A stretch of DNA of 38,174 bases, from positions 70,570 through 108,743 of the forward strand of contig MU619340.1 of assembly GCA_025201805.1 (NCBI GenBank), read 5' to 3'. Of this stretch, positions 34,971 through 38,174 are shown piece after piece. The notes under the pieces are model-generated. The model did not search any database and was not told the DNA's origin. It was given only the letters and a program-made list of their open reading frames with translations. Source of the stretch: Parasitella parasitica NRRL 2501 (Eukaryota; Fungi; Mucoromycota). Made by a program: the position numbers and the translations under genes. Numbering within the stretch: position 1 is the stretch's first letter; the number at the start of each line of letters is the position of its first letter.

Positions 34971-36333
34971 CACTCACTGATAATAAATCAACAACCACGG
35001 TCACTATTTGTAGTAAATTTAAGAAAAATAAACATATCCTATCTACTTTCAAATCCACGTATCTCTACTATACAGTACTAAAATTTCCTTCTATAACTTT
35101 TACAATGGCTTTACAAGAACGCGATTCAAATATTGTTAAAAGAGTGCAAACTTCTGACTATGATATTGGACGAGTAATTGGGTTGCATGAGTACGGTGTT
35201 CCAAGTTCCGCTATCGCCAAGTCCACTGGCATCAAGGAAGGTACTGTGAAGGGTCTGATATACAGATACAAGCACAATGGCTCGGCACTTCCAGCACAAA
35301 GACCTGGTCGACCTCCAAAGCTTAATGAGAGGGACAAAAGAGTCATCAAACGCGAGATAAGAAAGCAACCATTGAAGCCAATGAAACATCATTTGGCTGA
35401 TTTACATGACATTGGATATGACATCCATTTGAACACTTACCGAAAGTGTCTCGTAGATTTAGGTTTAAAATCCTATAAAGCTGCTCACAGACCACGGTTA
35501 AGAACAACTCACAAGGAAAGAAGACTACAATGGGCAAAGGATAAGGTGGATTTCACTATGGATCAATGGAGACATGTGATTTGGTCGGATGAATCAAAAT
35601 TCAACATTGTAGGTAATGATTCTGGTACTAGAGTCATCCGCCAAATCAATGAAAGGTTTCATGAAGACCATGTTATGGAGACCACAAAGTTTGGAAGTGG
35701 TTCGGTAATGGTTTGGGGATGTTTTTGGGCGGGTGGATTTGGCCCAATTAAAGTGATCAAGACACGATTTGATCAGCTGGAGTATATTAAGTGTTTAGAA
35801 GAAATATATATTCCTTATATCACACAGCTCACTCAGAAAGAAGGAAAACCATTTATTCTTCAAGAAGATGGTGCCACATGCCATACGGGCAAGGTTACAA
35901 CAGCTTGGAAAATGGATCAACCGGATGTCCATTCATTCGACTTTTGGCCCGCTCAAAGTCCAGATTTGAACCCTATTGAACATGTGTGGTCATACCTAGA
36001 GAAGAAGATTGAGGGTAGAAGACATAGAATATCAAAGACGAAAGAATTAGAAGAAGCATTGATTGAGGAGTGGAACAAAATTGAAGTAAGCTTTGCTGAG
36101 AAACTTGTTGGAAGTATGACCTCTCGCTGTAGAGAAGTCATTAAATCTAAAGGTGGCCACACCAGATATTAATTTTTGAAAATCTTTAAATAAACATCTC
36201 TACGTATTATATACTCTAATTTGAGGTTATTTGAAGAATCTTTTATTATCAAGAACATCAAGACAAAGATCATAATGGCTTTCAGAATTAAAAAAAGTCG
36301 GAGTTGTGGTTGCTGATTTATTATCAGTGAGTG
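34971..36333 (+). mobile_element. Tc1/mariner DNA transposon, full length (1363 bp), 28-bp TIRs, TA TSD
   Basis: Left TIR cactcactgataataaatcaacaaccac (34971-34998); right TIR gtggttgctgatttattatcagtgagtg (36306-36333), 1 mismatch; TA at 34969-34970 and 36334-36335. Confidence 0.95.
35105..36172 (+). CDS. Tc1-like transposase (DD36E)
   Basis: HTH plus GRPPKL linker; IWSDESKF, VMVWGCF, LQEDGATCH, WPAQSPDLNPIEHVW; uninterrupted 355-aa ORF. Confidence 0.95.
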   Translation: MALQERDSNIVKRVQTSDYDIGRVIGLHEYGVPSSAIAKSTGIKEGTVKGLIYRYKHNGSALPAQRPGRPPKLNERDKRVIKREIRKQPLKPMKHHLADLHDIGYDIHLNTYRKCLVDLGLKSYKAAHRPRLRTTHKERRLQWAKDKVDFTMDQWRHVIWSDESKFNIVGNDSGTRVIRQINERFHEDHVMETTKFGSGSVMVWGCFWAGGFGPIKVIKTRFDQLEYIKCLEEIYIPYITQLTQKEGKPFILQEDGATCHTGKVTTAWKMDQPDVHSFDFWPAQSPDLNPIEHVWSYLEKKIEGRRHRISKTKELEEALIEEWNKIEVSFAEKLVGSMTSRCREVIKSKGGHTRY

Positions 36334-37044
36334 TATATATAGTTTGTTCGCACCTTGACATTTGAGAGCAAGTCCGCATATATATCTTGTTGATGTCATG
36401 GCAGCCGAGACATTGCGATATCCAGTGATCGTTGAGATATTATACTGATTCGTATTTGATACAATCATATAATATATTTGCAGTAAATCAGCAAGCGTAG
36501 TACTTGTAGGAATTGATATAGTGCAGCTGTAGCAGTGCGTATACATCAAATAGCAGATGCAAAGCTGAATCTATAAAAAAGTAATCTCAAGTTTTCGTAT
36601 CTCGTTAATTCAAATTTTTATTTAATACATTTCTTATTTCAATCTTTCAGATCTCAACAAATAAAGAATTTTCTGAATTAAAGCAGATACAAAACTGAAG
36701 GCTTTTTTTGACATAAGATATGATATCTATTTATACTACAATGTATCCCAATTGATCTTTATCCACATAACATCTGATGTTTGACAAGAAGTGTCAAACC
36801 TTACTAAAAATTACAGCATTTATTATAGGACAAACCTATCTTTCTAGCTTACAATAAAGACAAGATTGGGTATAGGATGTCTTAATGACATCCTGCGATC
36901 TGATCTAGATGTATTCTTATTCTTTGAATAAGCCTGGAACCTCACAAGAGGTCCAATTACAACTTGTAGCTTATTCCTTATCTGTAAAGAAATTACCAAA
37001 AATTAATATCATGATCCGTGCATTATGACTAAGTTAGATATGAC

Positions 37045-37200
37045 TTATGTAGCCTTTATATGAATACAACACTTTTTACCAATAACTTGATACATCGCAG
37101 CGCCGATTGCATAAGCAGAGCTATCCGTAACAACACAGATCGGATAACGTAAGTCAGGTACACTCAATGTGCTGAACAAACACAAAGGAATTCTAACATT
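37045..37200 (-). pseudogene. Ty3/gypsy LTR retrotransposon RT-RNase H fragment
   Basis: LSVPDLRYPICVVTDSSAYAIGAAMYQV matches the L..PD...PF.L.TDAS..AIGAVL.Q RNase H start motif; short and isolated. Confidence 0.65.
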
Positions 37201-37242
37201 GCTCAAAATATAAATAGACACCTTTTCTTCTCTGCTCAATGA

Positions 37243-38073
37243 TGATCAACATCTGATATCATTGTTTGAAAACATCTTGAACAACCCTCAAAAGATGCAA
37301 GAAATAGTTTAAGATGCTGCAAGCAACCGTGGTTTGCGCAGGTTTGATGTCAGGTCAATGCTGAATGAGAGGGGCTTTGGTAGCTTGACCAAAGACGTGA
37401 TGCTGGAGATCTGCTACCGTTGGCTGGTAGAAACTGACTCGCAGGACTATACTGTAGTTAGTCAAGAGCGCATTCTTGTGACGGATGACATGGATGTTGA
37501 AGCAAGAAGACAAAAAGATGCAAAGGAAAGATACAACAACATGAATGGCATCATAAAACTATTCTGCAGCACCATCAACGCCCGCGAACACCACAGCTTT
37601 CGATTCAACGACCTTGGCAAAAGGGATAAATATGAATTGGCCTTGGTGTTGGAACATGTCGTTGTAAGAGTTATGGGCGAAAATGGTTGCTTTCCTTTGC
37701 ATCTTGTAGTGGGATCTGCCATCACAAATCATCTGTTGGGAGCTGTTATCAAGAACAATGGCAACCGCAAAAAGAATGATGACACACAACAGGTTAGTAC
37801 ATACTTATTTGACTTGACGGATAAAAATTACTAACGCTTCGTCTTTTAATGTAGATACAATTGCATTTCAATGCTTCAAACATTTCGATGGACGCAATTG
37901 CATTTTCAGTTGTCGCTGGAAATGAGATTGTTCCTGCGCAGCAAGAGGAGCTACAGGTAGGTATAGATGTTCATGGTACTGCCCCATCTTCTCCTGCGGC
38001 TGGTGCAAAAAGAAGAGGCTCCTCCCTTGCCAGTACTACAAGAAGGAGCAGAAGTAGAGGCAGAGGTGGCTAA
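37243..38073 (+). pseudogene. 5'-truncated hypothetical two-exon ORF with an in-frame stop (possibly TE-associated)
   Basis: Frame DQHLISLFENILNNPQKMQEIV*DAASNRGLRRFDVR... with TAA at 37310-37312; intron GTTAGT...CTAAC...GTAG at about 37792-37854; basic RGRGG tail; no recognisable domain. Confidence 0.45.
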
Positions 38074-38174
38074 ACAGCCAATTAGACAGATTTTCTGTCT
38101 AAATTTAAATATAAATAGCTCAACTTTTTTTCGATTTCGTTTTCTTTTTCTTTACATTTTTTTTATATCTTAAT

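Overview
AT-rich eukaryotic DNA with short (about 50-100 nt) spliceosomal introns. The gene content (crgA, a cigA-family gene, fungalysin, a kelch-TM protein) points to a Mucorales fungus; this is an inference. The window opens inside an intron-containing Fanzor1 (eukaryotic TnpB/Cas12-like RNA-guided nuclease) gene with an intact RuvC D-E-D triad. It is followed by an unusual non-coding tail: a 22-bp-phased repeat array overlapping back-to-back intron-like units, then a GC-richer structured segment that is the candidate omegaRNA and element end. The middle (about 2-30 kb) is a gene-dense host region: kelch-TM protein, M36 fungalysin, FYR-domain protein, CigA/O-fucosyltransferase-like protein, CrgA (apparently non-AUG initiated), C2H2 transcription factor, MVP1, ATP1, BET1-like SNARE, BNI4-like protein, mL38/MRPL35 and a stand-alone tRNA-binding OB-fold protein. 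The last ~8 kb is a transposon cluster: a hairpin plus masked repeat, a poly(A)/TSD retro-insertion, a decayed DIRS element, an intact Tc1-like DD36E transposon with TIRs and TA TSD, a Ty3/gypsy RNase H fragment and a broken unknown ORF. Exon boundaries were read by eye and no database searches were run.
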